From Thermoplasmata archaeon (lineage in GTDB: Archaea; Thermoplasmatota; Thermoplasmata; Lutacidiplasmatales; UBA184), in contig JBEKEY010000004.1 of the NCBI GenBank assembly GCA_050013595.1, forward strand, positions 1-61,464: a stretch of DNA of 61,464 nt, written 5' to 3'. Shown here in pieces: positions 18,562-28,407 of the stretch. A program made the translations under genes and the position numbers. Positions within the stretch are counted from its first letter, which is position 1, and every line of letters begins with the position of its first letter. The notes under the pieces were generated by a model. That model did not search any database. It saw only the letters and a program-made list of their open reading frames with translations, and had not been told where the DNA came from.

Positions 18562-19038
18562 CTAAAGGTCCGGCATGAGGAACAGTTCGTTGCCGTCGGG
18601 GTCTCGGACCGTCGCGTACCAGCCCCACGTCTCCTTCTTCGGCCCTTCGAGGAATTCGACTCCGTTCGCTTTCAGCACTCCGCACGCGCCGACGAAATCG
18701 CTCCCCGGAAGTCGGAGCGTGATCCCCGAATTCCCGGGCTCGAGCGGCGCCTTCGCCTCGAATTCACTCAGCTGACAGAGGTGCAGCAGGCCGCCCTTTC
18801 CCTTGCGACCCACGGCGACCCAGTGGTCCATGCTCTCGACGACGTCGAGACCGAGGCTCCGACTGTACCACTCGGTCGCCTTCTTCCGGTCGGAGACGAC
18901 GATCGCTACGGTCGCCACCTGGGCCCTCGGCAGTGCGGGCTTCCCGCTCGTTCGTGCTGTTCCTTTCCCTGCGCGCTTGCTCTTGGTCGGCATCGATGAC
19001 CTTCCGTTCGGGGAGAGGCTCTCCCCCTTCTTCGCCAT
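18562..19038 (-). CDS. VOC/glyoxalase family protein
   Basis: IVVSDRKKATEWY...WGWYATVRDPDGNEL; start may be 18993. Confidence 0.85.
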   Translation of the reverse strand: MAKKGESLSPNGRSSMPTKSKRAGKGTARTSGKPALPRAQVATVAIVVSDRKKATEWYSRSLGLDVVESMDHWVAVGRKGKGGLLHLCQLSEFEAKAPLEPGNSGITLRLPGSDFVGACGVLKANGVEFLEGPKKETWGWYATVRDPDGNELFLMPDL

Positions 19039-19094
19039 CCGGTGGGGTCATGAAACGGTTCCGTGCCGATGCGGCATGGCACGAAAGGAATATA

Positions 19095-19120
19095 TCGAAT
19101 AACCGATATCGGTATTTCGA
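19095..19120. promoter_or_regulatory. 26-bp near-perfect palindrome, putative PadR operator
   Basis: TCGAATAACCGAT|ATCGGTATTTCGA between the divergent VOC and PadR genes, 2 nt before the PadR ATG. Confidence 0.6.
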
Positions 19121-19122
19121 GT

Positions 19123-19563
19123 ATGTGGGCGTACGGTTGGGGTTCCAAACGACACCGCGGCCTTCGGGTCTGGGTGCTCCAGCTCCTCGAACGGGGCCCG
19201 ATGAACGGAGCGGAGATCATGGAAGAGATGGACCGGATGACGATGGGATGGTGGCGCCCCTCCCCGGGGTCGATCTACCCGCTCCTCGACCAGCTCGCGG
19301 AAGAGAAGCTCGTCCACAAGCGGGAGGACGGTCGCTACGAGGTGACCGAGGCGGCACGGGGAGGCCCGGATTGGACGCGCGGCTGGATGGGCCGCGGACC
19401 TCGGACACCGCAGGATGCGATCGGGGAGATGGAAGCCTACGTCGCCTTCCTCGAAGACCTGGGCAGTGGGGGAAAGAGCGACCTCGGCGCGCTCGCGCCG
19501 CGTCTCAGATCGGTCTCGAAGCGCATCAGCGACCTGGCCGACGGAGGAGGGCGGATGAAATGA
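19123..19563 (+). CDS. PadR family transcriptional regulator
   Basis: GPMNGAEIM...WRPSPGSIYPLLDQL...RYEVTE. Confidence 0.9.
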   Translation: MWAYGWGSKRHRGLRVWVLQLLERGPMNGAEIMEEMDRMTMGWWRPSPGSIYPLLDQLAEEKLVHKREDGRYEVTEAARGGPDWTRGWMGRGPRTPQDAIGEMEAYVAFLEDLGSGGKSDLGALAPRLRSVSKRISDLADGGGRMK

Positions 19564-19612
19564 CGAGGGCGGAACGGATTCCTGCAACGCGGATAGTGAA
19601 CGGAGCAATACC

Positions 19613-19888
19613 ATGACCGGGTCACCGTTCGTGTACGGGCCACGGAGGTTCTTCCGGGGCCTCAAGATCCGTATCTTCGCGACCGCGGCTCTTCTGGTCG
19701 GAGGGCTCTGCTGGGTGCTCCTCTATCTAGCCTTCCTCGCCGGGCACTTCGCCTGGTACCAGAACATCGCCATCATCCTGGTCTCGTTCATCGTGGTTCC
19801 CGCGGTGGTCGTGATGATGTGGATCTCCTGGGGAATGGCGGTGGGTCGTCGGTTCGGACACGCGTTCTGGGACGACGATTTCCCCTGA
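19613..19888 (+). CDS. Small 2-TM membrane protein
   Basis: Two hydrophobic helices; downstream of padR. Confidence 0.65.
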   Translation: MTGSPFVYGPRRFFRGLKIRIFATAALLVGGLCWVLLYLAFLAGHFAWYQNIAIILVSFIVVPAVVVMMWISWGMAVGRRFGHAFWDDDFP

Positions 19889-19932
19889 ACCATCGAGCCG
19901 GATCGAACCGAGCGCAACCGAGGCGAGCTTCC

Positions 19933-20499
19933 GTGGTCGCCGGATATCGACCGTCGGCACGGGACCGTTTCCGCGTCCGCGCGCGACGCCGGCTCCTCGA
20001 GCAATTCCGGTCCCGAATCGAGCCCGAGGCGTTCCGCCTGCTCGACCTGGGCGGGGGCACCGGAGCCGCCACGGTGGTGTTCGGCGCGGGCGCCCGTGAG
20101 CTGGTGGTGCTCGAGCCCGACGAGCGGAAGGTCGCCCGGGGTCGCGCCGCGGGTACCCCAGTGACGTTCGTGACCGGGTTCGCGGAACGGCTTCCCTACG
20201 AGAACGGTCGCTTCGACCGAGTGACGTCTCTGATGTCCTTCCACCACTTTGCCCGAGGGGACGACGTGCTACAGGAAGCCGCCCGAGTGCTCTCTCCGGG
20301 GGGGCGGCTGGTCGTCTACGATTTCGACCCCTCGACACCCTCCGGCCGATGGGTCGCGTTTGTCGAAGGACGAGTGTTCCGCCACGGGTTGAAATTCAGC
20401 CTGCCCGCGGAACTCGAGACGCGGGCGCTCGCTGCCGGGTTCCGTTCGGTGCAGCGAGCGAGGTTCGGTTCGGGGGCATTCCTCGTCGCGGAACGATGA
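19933..20499 (+). CDS. Class I SAM-dependent methyltransferase (UbiE/type 11-like)
   Basis: LLDLGGGTG, AERLPYENGRFD, SFHHF, RVLSPGGRLVV; start estimated. Confidence 0.85.
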   Translation: MVAGYRPSARDRFRVRARRRLLEQFRSRIEPEAFRLLDLGGGTGAATVVFGAGARELVVLEPDERKVARGRAAGTPVTFVTGFAERLPYENGRFDRVTSLMSFHHFARGDDVLQEAARVLSPGGRLVVYDFDPSTPSGRWVAFVEGRVFRHGLKFSLPAELETRALAAGFRSVQRARFGSGAFLVAER

Positions 20500-20572
20500 A
20501 CTGGGCGAACGCGGCGAAACCGCTTTAGCGACCTCGCCCGTCGGTCCCCCGGTCATTCTCGGGGCGGAGCTC

Positions 20573-21058
20573 GTGCCGAACCCAGGGTCTTCTACGGTCA
20601 CGGCGTCCCGCTCCACCACCGTTCGGCAGATGCTGCCGACCGATGCGAACTTCACGGGGAACGTCTTCGGCGGGCGCATCCTCGAAGAGATCGACCTCGT
20701 GGCCGGGATCGCGGCCGCGCGCCATTCGAAGTCGACCTGCGTCACGGCTTCCTTCGACCGCGTCGACTTCATCCAGCCGGTCCACGTCGGGGACGTCGTG
20801 GATTTCGACGCCGAGCTCACCTATGTCGGGACCACGTCCATGGAGGTCTGGGTGCGGATCACCGCGGAGGCGATGCACGACGGCGGTCCGCGCGCGGTCG
20901 CGGAGGCGTTCGTGACGATGGTCGCGGTCGATGACCACGGTCATCCCGTCCCGGTGCCCCCCCTCGTGCTCGAGAACGTGGAGGAGCGACTCCGGTTCGA
21001 AGAAGGTCGACGAAGGATGGAAGAGCGAAGGCGCACGCGTCATGCGCGTGCGACGTAG
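20573..21058 (+). CDS. Acyl-CoA thioesterase (hotdog, YciA-like)
   Basis: DANFTGNVFGGRIL..ID, CVTASFDRVDF, VGTTSMEV. Confidence 0.92.
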   Translation: MPNPGSSTVTASRSTTVRQMLPTDANFTGNVFGGRILEEIDLVAGIAAARHSKSTCVTASFDRVDFIQPVHVGDVVDFDAELTYVGTTSMEVWVRITAEAMHDGGPRAVAEAFVTMVAVDDHGHPVPVPPLVLENVEERLRFEEGRRRMEERRRTRHARAT

Positions 21059-21067
21059 AAGGTCACC

Positions 21068-21523
21068 ATGATCTGCGAAATGTGCGGTAAGGAAGTTCCG
21101 ATGACGAGCCGGGTCCGCCTCGAGAGGTCGGTCCTCGCGCTCTGCCCCGATTGCGCTCGGTTCGGAACGCCGGTCGACCCGGTTCCGAGCCCCACCCCCG
21201 TCGCCGCGTCCGTGGTCCGGTTCCGTCCCGGGATGGCGGTCACCTCTCCGTCCGGCCCGCGACGAAGGCTCGAGGAGCGCGACCTCTACCAGGAGATCGG
21301 AGAGATGGAGCTCGCTCCGGATTGGAACAAGCGGATCCGCGCCGCGCGCGAGGCCCATCTGTGGACCCCCGAGGACCTGAGCAAGAAGCTGAACGAGAAG
21401 AAATCCGTCGTGCTCAAGATCGAATCCGGTTCCTTCCGGCCCCCCGACGCGCTCGTTCGGAAGATCGAGCACCTGCTCAAGGTCAAACTGCGCGCCGAGC
21501 CGGAATCCGCGGGTCAGAGCTGA
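21068..21523 (+). CDS. mbf1: Multiprotein bridging factor aMBF1
   Basis: N-terminal CEMCG...CPDC zinc ribbon plus C-terminal HTH IRAARE...KIESG. Confidence 0.9.
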   Translation: MICEMCGKEVPMTSRVRLERSVLALCPDCARFGTPVDPVPSPTPVAASVVRFRPGMAVTSPSGPRRRLEERDLYQEIGEMELAPDWNKRIRAAREAHLWTPEDLSKKLNEKKSVVLKIESGSFRPPDALVRKIEHLLKVKLRAEPESAGQS

Positions 21524-21915
21524 CCCGAATTCGGGATCATCTCGGGGCCCGTCTCGTCGGACGGCGCCGACGATCCCGGGGCGCGACGCCGAGCATGAGG
21601 GGACCGGGCCGTCGGACGTCCTATCTCCCGGTCGAGGCCGACCGGGGTGTTGAGCTCGACCCGAAGGAAACCGTCCGTTCCGGACCCATCGGCCCCGGTG
21701 CGGAGGTCCGTTGCGTACTCCTCGAGGAACCGGTCCGCCCATCCGATGTAGCCCATCCCGAGGGCGCCGAGGGCTACGACGCTGACCAATCCCGCGAACC
21801 GGACCGGCACCCCGAGGGCGAACCCGATGAGGGCGACGGTCGCGCCGGCCAACCCGAAGAACACCCGGCCCACCGCGCGCTGGGCGCGTCGGTCGCGATG
21901 GGTATAGTCGATCAC
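21514..21915 (-). CDS. Hypothetical membrane protein
   Basis: Two hydrophobic segments; fills the gap downstream of argF. Confidence 0.5.
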   Translation of the reverse strand: MIDYTHRDRRAQRAVGRVFFGLAGATVALIGFALGVPVRFAGLVSVVALGALGMGYIGWADRFLEEYATDLRTGADGSGTDGFLRVELNTPVGLDREIGRPTARSPHARRRAPGSSAPSDETGPEMIPNSGQL

Positions 21916-21943
21916 GGGCGTGACCGGGTCCGTCCGGACCTTC

Positions 21944-22906
21944 TCACTTCGGCCGACGGGGCTTCGCCCGGGGCACGAGCAGATGTTCGAGGATCGCCTT
22001 TTGCGCGTGGAGCCGGTTCTCGGCCTGGTCCCACGCCGCGCATTGCGGTCCGTCGAGGACCGAGTCGGTGATCTCCTGTCCGCGGTGGGCGGGCAGGTCG
22101 TGGAGGACGAAGGCGGAGCGCTTCGCTCGCGCGACGAGGGCGTCGTTCACCTGGAAGCCCTGGAACGCCCGTTCGCGCGCGGCCGCCTCGGTCTCGTTGC
22201 CCATCGAGACCCACACATCGGTGTAGATCGCGTCCGCGCCCCGGGCCGCCTCGTACGGGTCGTTCGTGAAGGAGAGCTCCGCCTTCGACCCTCGGGCGAG
22301 CACTTCCGCCGCGCGTACATACTCGGGTTGGGGTCGGTACCCTACCGGGGTCGCCACCGACAGGTCGAGGCCCACGGCCGCCGCGCCGAGCAGGAGCGAA
22401 TGAAGCACGTTGTTGCCGTCGCCCACCCACGCGAGGCGATGACCCCGAAATCGACCGTTCCAACGTTCGCGCATGGTAAGCAGGTCGGCGGCGATCTGAC
22501 ACGGATGCTCGACGTCATCGAGCGCGTTGATGACCGGTACCGAGGCCCAACGGGCGAGCTCGGACATGTCCTCGTGCCGGAACGCGCGATAGCAGACCGC
22601 GTCGACGAACCGGGAGAGGACCCGCGCCGTGTCGGCGATCGTCTCGCCCCGGCCGAGCTGGAGGTCCTTCGAAGAAAGGTAGAGAGCGTGGCCTCCTAGG
22701 TCGTTCATCGCGACCTCGAAGGAAGTGCGCGTCCGGGTGGACGGCTTCTCGAAGATCATCGCGAGATTCTTTCCCGCCAGGGTAGGCCGGAGGACCCCCC
22801 GAGCGCGTTCGGCCTTCAGGGCGGCCGCACGGGCGAGGACCCGGTCGAGGTCGCCCGCGATGTCGGAGATCGAGAGGAGGTGCGGGGGGTCCGCGTGGCG
22901 CGGCAT
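21944..22906 (-). CDS. argF: Ornithine carbamoyltransferase
   Basis: FEKPSTRTR, HPCQ, GDGNNV, DVWVSMG, HDLPA, QAENRLH. Confidence 0.92.
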   Translation of the reverse strand: MPRHADPPHLLSISDIAGDLDRVLARAAALKAERARGVLRPTLAGKNLAMIFEKPSTRTRTSFEVAMNDLGGHALYLSSKDLQLGRGETIADTARVLSRFVDAVCYRAFRHEDMSELARWASVPVINALDDVEHPCQIAADLLTMRERWNGRFRGHRLAWVGDGNNVLHSLLLGAAAVGLDLSVATPVGYRPQPEYVRAAEVLARGSKAELSFTNDPYEAARGADAIYTDVWVSMGNETEAAARERAFQGFQVNDALVARAKRSAFVLHDLPAHRGQEITDSVLDGPQCAAWDQAENRLHAQKAILEHLLVPRAKPRRPK

Positions 22907-23016
22907 CGTATACAGCACGGCCGGAGCGCGTTAAACAGTTCTGGGAGCGCCCGTCCACGGGCCGCCGTGCGAAGGTTATGAGGTCGACCTGATTGACGCA
23001 CAACGAGGCAACACCT

Positions 23017-24441
23017 GTGCCCGCCCGTCCGAGGAGGAAATCGAAGAGTCCCCCGGCCCGACCGACCCGCACCCGGACGCCCCCCTCCCGCGGGCGACGT
23101 GTCTACATGGTGACGGGCGGCGTCACCAAGTTCGCGAAGGCGCACCCCGCGATGGACTTCCGCCTGATGGTGAAGCGGGCGTACGACTACGCCCTCAAGG
23201 GAATCCCGAACCTGACGACGGACCGGATCGACGGTACCCGGATCGCGTACTTCTCCGACCATTTCACGCGCCAGCTCAAGGCCGCGAGCATGGTCCAGGA
23301 CTATCTCGGGATGAACCCGAAGGGTTCGGTCCGCATCGAATGGGGCGGCGCCACGGGCGGCGAGTGCTTCCAGGCGGCGTACGAAGCGGTGGCGAGCGGA
23401 CGGATGGACGTCTGCCTCGCCGCCGGTTTCGAGACCATGAGCCGGGTGCCGACGTGGAAGGGGAACGAGTTCATCGCGCTCGCTTCCGACACGAACTTCG
23501 ACTTCCCGCTCGGCGGGTTCTACACGGGCTACTACGCGCTCATGGTCGTCCGGCACATCTACGAGTACTTGCGCCTCGGCAAGTTCGCGGACGTCAAGGA
23601 CGAACGCGAGGCCCAGCGGCTCGCCATCGCCGAAGGCAGCCGTATCATGAGCATGGTTTCGGTGAAGAATCACCGCAACGCGCTCTACAACCCGTACGCC
23701 CAGTACCCGAAGCGGTTGACGGTGGACGATGTGCTCCGCTCCGAGATGATCAGCTACCCGCTCACGCGCGAACAGATCTGCACGATGAGCGACGGGGCGG
23801 CGGTGGCCGTCCTATGCGACGAGGAACGCGCGAAGGAGTTCACCGACCAGCCGGTGCAGGTCACCGGCGTGGGGTGCGGGACCGATACGATGCGTCTCGC
23901 CGACCGACCGTTCGGCCGCGTTCCGCTCCTTCCGCACGAGAAGGCGAAAGTGTACGAGGACCTTCCGTACCCCGGCGTCCACTCCTTCCGCGCCGGCCGC
24001 GCCGCGGGGATCGAGGCGTACCGCATGGCGGGGATCACGAAGCCGAACACCGAGCTCGACTTCATCGAGCTTCACGACGCGTATGCGTCGAGCGAGATCC
24101 AGACCTACGAGGACCTCGGTCTGTGCCGGTACGGCGAGGGGTACGAGTTCGTCGAGCGGGGCGACCCCTTCCTGAAAGGGATCGACTACGGGTTCCCGGT
24201 GCCGCGCGCGGGAACGAGCCCCGTCAACCCCTCCGGCGGGCTCATCGCCTGCGGGCACCCGGTCGGGGCCACCGGCCTCATGCAGGCGGTGTTCGCGTTC
24301 TGGCAGCTCCAGGGAACGATCCCGAAGCACTTCGGGGACGCGACGCTCCAGCTGAAGCAGCCGCGGCGCGGGGCGATCCACAGCCATGCCGGGACGGGTT
24401 CCTCCGTGACGGTCTCGATCCTCGAGCGGGGGTTCCGATGA
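23017..24441 (+). CDS. SCP2-type thiolase-superfamily protein
   Basis: SDGAAVAVL, ELHDAY, NPSGGLIACGHPVGATG; start estimated. Confidence 0.88.
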   Translation: MPARPRRKSKSPPARPTRTRTPPSRGRRVYMVTGGVTKFAKAHPAMDFRLMVKRAYDYALKGIPNLTTDRIDGTRIAYFSDHFTRQLKAASMVQDYLGMNPKGSVRIEWGGATGGECFQAAYEAVASGRMDVCLAAGFETMSRVPTWKGNEFIALASDTNFDFPLGGFYTGYYALMVVRHIYEYLRLGKFADVKDEREAQRLAIAEGSRIMSMVSVKNHRNALYNPYAQYPKRLTVDDVLRSEMISYPLTREQICTMSDGAAVAVLCDEERAKEFTDQPVQVTGVGCGTDTMRLADRPFGRVPLLPHEKAKVYEDLPYPGVHSFRAGRAAGIEAYRMAGITKPNTELDFIELHDAYASSEIQTYEDLGLCRYGEGYEFVERGDPFLKGIDYGFPVPRAGTSPVNPSGGLIACGHPVGATGLMQAVFAFWQLQGTIPKHFGDATLQLKQPRRGAIHSHAGTGSSVTVSILERGFR

Positions 24442-24965
24442 CCGCGCGGCCCCGCACCTTCTCGAAGTTCCGCGAGGTCCAGACCGAGCTCGAACGCAGC
24501 GGTTCCGCGATCTTCCGGGACGCCGAGGGGACCGAGAGCCTCATCGTCCGGAGCCCGTACTCGATCAACTATATCCACAGCTACGCCGAGGACTCTCCGT
24601 TCTTCCTCGGGCTCGCCGACGGGCGGCTGCGCGGCTCGAAATGCCGGCGCCCGAAGTGCGGGTTCGTCTACGGGACCCCGCGCGGCCACTGCATGGTCTG
24701 CGGCGCCCCGACCGAGTGGATCGACCTGCCCTCGAAAGGACGGGTCCATTCCTGGACGACCTGCCACTTCGGCGGCGAGGCCTTCCTCAAGGAAACGCCC
24801 TACAACCTCGCGCTCGTCGAGTTCGATGGGGTCGGGAGCCTCTTGCTCGTTCGGCTGCGCGACTGCGTCGAGTCGGAGATCTACGTCGGGATGCCGATCG
24901 AGGCGCGGTTCGACCCGAACCCGAAGTACTCGGTCACGGACGTTTGGTTCGTTCCGACGCGCTGA
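24438..24965 (+). CDS. DUF35 zinc-ribbon/OB-fold protein
   Basis: CRRPKC...PRGHCMVCG, GRVHSWT, PYNLALVE, VGMPIEA; ATGA overlap with the thiolase. Confidence 0.88.
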   Translation: MTARPRTFSKFREVQTELERSGSAIFRDAEGTESLIVRSPYSINYIHSYAEDSPFFLGLADGRLRGSKCRRPKCGFVYGTPRGHCMVCGAPTEWIDLPSKGRVHSWTTCHFGGEAFLKETPYNLALVEFDGVGSLLLVRLRDCVESEIYVGMPIEARFDPNPKYSVTDVWFVPTR

Positions 24966-25515
24966 CCGCGCTCTCGTCCGCCGGAACCAGCCCGACCAGC
25001 CCGAGCACGTCGCCCTGCCCTCGAGCGATCTCGGACCGAGGGGTCCTCGCCACGTCGACGAAGGCGAGCTCCTGCCACATCCGGCTCGACGGGGGCGCCG
25101 GGGAGGGCCATCGTCCCTCAAAGACGAAATGGATGTCCCAATGCGGGTCGGCGGCCGAGGAACCGGGCCGACGGTACGTCTCGGAGAACACCGCGGGCCC
25201 CGACACCGCGGGGAGCTCCGAGTTCAGCTGCTCTCGCGCGATGACGCGAGCGGCCTCCGCCGGTCCCTCGAAGAGGAGGAGCTGGCGCGCCGGCAGCATC
25301 CAGCCCGAACCGACCCGAGCGAGGCGACCCGGGTCGAGCCCGCCCACGTCGCCCCACGGCGCCGAAGGATCGACCCGGCCAAGGAGGACCCACTTCGGGT
25401 CGTCGGGGGACCGAAGCACGAGGAAGACCGAAAGGCACATTCCGTCGTCCGGGACCGCGGCGGTCCCCCCGGGCGACGGGATGGTCCGTGACAGGCGCGC
25501 GAAACGTCGGTCCAT
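24934..25515 (-). CDS. Nudix-fold protein with degenerate Nudix box
   Basis: WMLPARQLLLFEGPAEAARVIAREQL, HWDIHFVF. Confidence 0.6.
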   Translation of the reverse strand: MDRRFARLSRTIPSPGGTAAVPDDGMCLSVFLVLRSPDDPKWVLLGRVDPSAPWGDVGGLDPGRLARVGSGWMLPARQLLLFEGPAEAARVIAREQLNSELPAVSGPAVFSETYRRPGSSAADPHWDIHFVFEGRWPSPAPPSSRMWQELAFVDVARTPRSEIARGQGDVLGLVGLVPADESAVSASERTKRP

Positions 25516-25611
25516 GGCCGAGACCGCGCGAAGGACTCCGAGGTCTTGAAACTCACGCCCGAGCACGCCCGAGGTCGTCGTGTCGTCGGGTCAGTTCGAG
25601 CAAGCGGGAGG

Positions 25612-25685
25612 TGCCGCGGGCCGGGCTTGAACCGGCGGCTTCAAGATCTTCAGTCTTGCACTCTCCCAAACTGAGTTACCGCGGC
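25612..25685 (-). tRNA. tRNA-Phe (GAA), no intron, CCA not encoded
   Basis: Acceptor GCCGCGG/CCGCGGC, anticodon arm CAAGA-CTGAAGA-TCTTG, T loop GGTTCAAG. Confidence 0.96.
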
Positions 25686-25872
25686 GCCGGTCGCCCCGAC
25701 CGGCCGGGCGGTATAAAGAGCCGGAGGGAGTCGTGAATGTGCCGCCGGCCCGTCGAAGACGTTCGTCGTCGTTCGTCGGCCCGGTCGAACGCGCGCGCTC
25801 ACGTTCGGAGCGGTCGACCGCCGTGGGTCGCCCCCTGAATTTATCTACGGCACCCGGCCTGATTACCGCACC

Positions 25873-28407
25873 GTGGTTCGCACTCTCGTCGTCGCGGAGA
25901 AATTCAACACCGCCCTCCGGATCGCCGTCGTGCTCTCCGACGGGCGCATGAAGCGGGCCCGCCTCGAAGGGACGAACGTCTTCCGGTTCGACCGACCCGA
26001 AGGACCGTATGCCGTGGTCGGGCTGCGCGGTCACCTCGTCGAGCTCGACTACCCGAAGGAGCTCGCGGAATGGACGCTCGCGGGCCTCCCGAAACTGCTC
26101 GAGACCCGGCCGCTGAAGCGCGTGACCGAGACCGGCATCGTCGCCGCCCTCCAGTCGATCGTCCGGGAGTTCGACCGCGTCATCATCGCGACCGACTTCG
26201 ACCGCGAGGGGGAGCTCATCGGGCTCGAATGCCTCGAGCTCCTACAGAAGGTTCATCCCGGGATCGAGGTGAAGCGGGCCCGCTACAGCGCGCTCACGCG
26301 GGACGCGATCGAGACGAGCTTCGCGCATCTCGAGGAGCTCGACCGCGCCCTCGCCGAGGCCGCGGAATCCCGTCAGGAGATCGACCTCGTCTGGGGGGCC
26401 CTCCTGACGCGCTACCTGTCCCTGACCGCCCAGCAGCGCGGTCACAGCTTCCTGTCCGTCGGCCGCGTCCAGACCCCGACCCTCGCGCTCCTCGTGGAAC
26501 GGGACCAGGCGATCAAGGAGTTCGTGCCCACGCCGTTCTGGGAGATCGTCGCGACCGCGGAGAAGGCCGGCGAGCCGTTCCGGCTGCACCATCAGCACGG
26601 GGTCTTCGAGGTGAAGGCGGACGCGGACCGGGTGTTCCGCGCCGTGGCCCACGCGAAGAGCGGGGTCGTCCGGGAGTTCGCTCAGGAGGAGACCCGACGC
26701 CGGCCTCCCGTTCCGTTCTCGACGACGCTCTTCGTCGCCGAGGCCACGCGTCTCGGGCTCGGCGCCGCGAGGGTGATGCAGATCGCAGAGGCCCTCTACA
26801 CGCAGGGTCTCATCAGCTACCCACGGACGGACAACACGGTCTATCCGCGGGGGCTCGGCCTGAGGACCCTCGTCGAGAAGTTCCGCGAGGGACCGTTCGG
26901 CGAAGCAGCCGAGTTCGTCCTTCAGCAGCCGAGCTTCCGCCCCACGCGAGGCCGGACGGAGACCACCGACCACCCGCCCATCTACCCGACGGGTGCGGTC
27001 GACCCGAAGAAGCTGCGTCCCGACCACGCCACCGTCTACGAGCTCGTGGTCCGACGCTTCCTCGCGACGCTCGCGCCCGACGCCCTCGGCATCGGCCGCA
27101 CGGCGGTCGTCGAGATCCACGGGGAGCGGTTCGAGGCAAAGGGCCAGCACCTGACCGACCCCGGGTGGTACCGGATCTACCCCTACTCGAAACCCGACGA
27201 GGTGCCGATGCCGGCGCTCGTGGTGGGGGAGACCGTCGCGGTCCCGAAGGTTGAGCTCGTCGAGGACCAGACCCGTCCTCCGCGCCGGTATTCGCAAGGT
27301 TCGCTCATCCAGGAGATGGAGCGTCTCGGGCTCGGGACGAAGAGCACCCGGCACGACGTCCTCCAAAAGCTCTTCGACCGCCACTACGTGAACCAGCGCC
27401 AGCTCGAGCCGACCTCGACCGGCATCGCGGTCACCGAGGCGCTCAAGGCGCACGCCCCGGTGATCACGCGGCCGGAGATGACCCATCGCCTCGAAGAGGA
27501 CATGGAGCTCGTCGCCGAGTCGAAGAAACCGAAGTCGGAGGTGCTCGAGGAATCCCGCGAGATGCTCCGCGAGGCGTACGCGATGCTCTCCGCGAACACG
27601 CTCGGCGTGAAGGAGACGCTTACCGGTGCTCTCGACCGGCAGCATTTCGTGGGTCCCTGCGCGAAGTGCGGCGGTGCGCTCCGCCTCACGCGGAGCCCCC
27701 GCGGGTCGCGCTGGGTCCAGTGCGTCAACAACCCCGCCTCCTGCACCGCCACCTACGCGCTCCCGTCGGCCGGTTTTGTCGAGCTCGTGCCTGAGTTCCT
27801 GTGCGGGACCTGCAAGGTGCCCCGGGTGAAGATCACCTTCCGCGGCGTGCGCCCGGACCTTTACTGCATCAATCCCGACTGCCCCGAAAACCACAAGGCG
27901 TTCCGGATCGGGATCTGTCCGAGCTGCGGGAGTCCGCTCCAGATCCGCTATTCGTTCCGGGGGAACCGGTTCGTCGGGTGCTCCGGCTATCCCAACTGTC
28001 GCGTCACGTACCCGCTCCCCCAGCGGGGAAAGCTCGAGAAGGACCAGCCCCCGTGTCCCGTCTGCCACGCGCCCGTGGTGACCGCGATCGAAGCCGGTCG
28101 CCCCCCGTGGACGCTCTGCATCAATCCCGAGTGCCCCACCCGCCTCAAGAAGGCCGAGGAGAAGGCCGAGCGAGCGACCGCGGCGAAGGCGAAGAAGGCA
28201 GCGACGGTGAGGAAAGCGGCGGCCAAGACCCGCGCGCGCAACCGCAAGAAGGCGGCGAGCTCACCGTCACCGCAGACAGCGACCCCGCCGGAACCCACCA
28301 TCGCGACCGAGACCCCGACGCCGCCGAAGCAGCGGGCACGCCGTTCCCGCACCGGGTCGACCGTACCGAAGCGAGCCGCCTCGGACGCGGTCTCGGTCCC
28401 GCCCTAA
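25873..28407 (+). CDS. topA: DNA topoisomerase I (type IA)
   Basis: VVAEK, ATDFDREGELI, SVGRVQTPTL, ISYPRTD catalytic Tyr, C-terminal zinc ribbons and K/A-rich tail. Confidence 0.97.
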   Translation: MVRTLVVAEKFNTALRIAVVLSDGRMKRARLEGTNVFRFDRPEGPYAVVGLRGHLVELDYPKELAEWTLAGLPKLLETRPLKRVTETGIVAALQSIVREFDRVIIATDFDREGELIGLECLELLQKVHPGIEVKRARYSALTRDAIETSFAHLEELDRALAEAAESRQEIDLVWGALLTRYLSLTAQQRGHSFLSVGRVQTPTLALLVERDQAIKEFVPTPFWEIVATAEKAGEPFRLHHQHGVFEVKADADRVFRAVAHAKSGVVREFAQEETRRRPPVPFSTTLFVAEATRLGLGAARVMQIAEALYTQGLISYPRTDNTVYPRGLGLRTLVEKFREGPFGEAAEFVLQQPSFRPTRGRTETTDHPPIYPTGAVDPKKLRPDHATVYELVVRRFLATLAPDALGIGRTAVVEIHGERFEAKGQHLTDPGWYRIYPYSKPDEVPMPALVVGETVAVPKVELVEDQTRPPRRYSQGSLIQEMERLGLGTKSTRHDVLQKLFDRHYVNQRQLEPTSTGIAVTEALKAHAPVITRPEMTHRLEEDMELVAESKKPKSEVLEESREMLREAYAMLSANTLGVKETLTGALDRQHFVGPCAKCGGALRLTRSPRGSRWVQCVNNPASCTATYALPSAGFVELVPEFLCGTCKVPRVKITFRGVRPDLYCINPDCPENHKAFRIGICPSCGSPLQIRYSFRGNRFVGCSGYPNCRVTYPLPQRGKLEKDQPPCPVCHAPVVTAIEAGRPPWTLCINPECPTRLKKAEEKAERATAAKAKKAATVRKAAAKTRARNRKKAASSPSPQTATPPEPTIATETPTPPKQRARRSRTGSTVPKRAASDAVSVPP

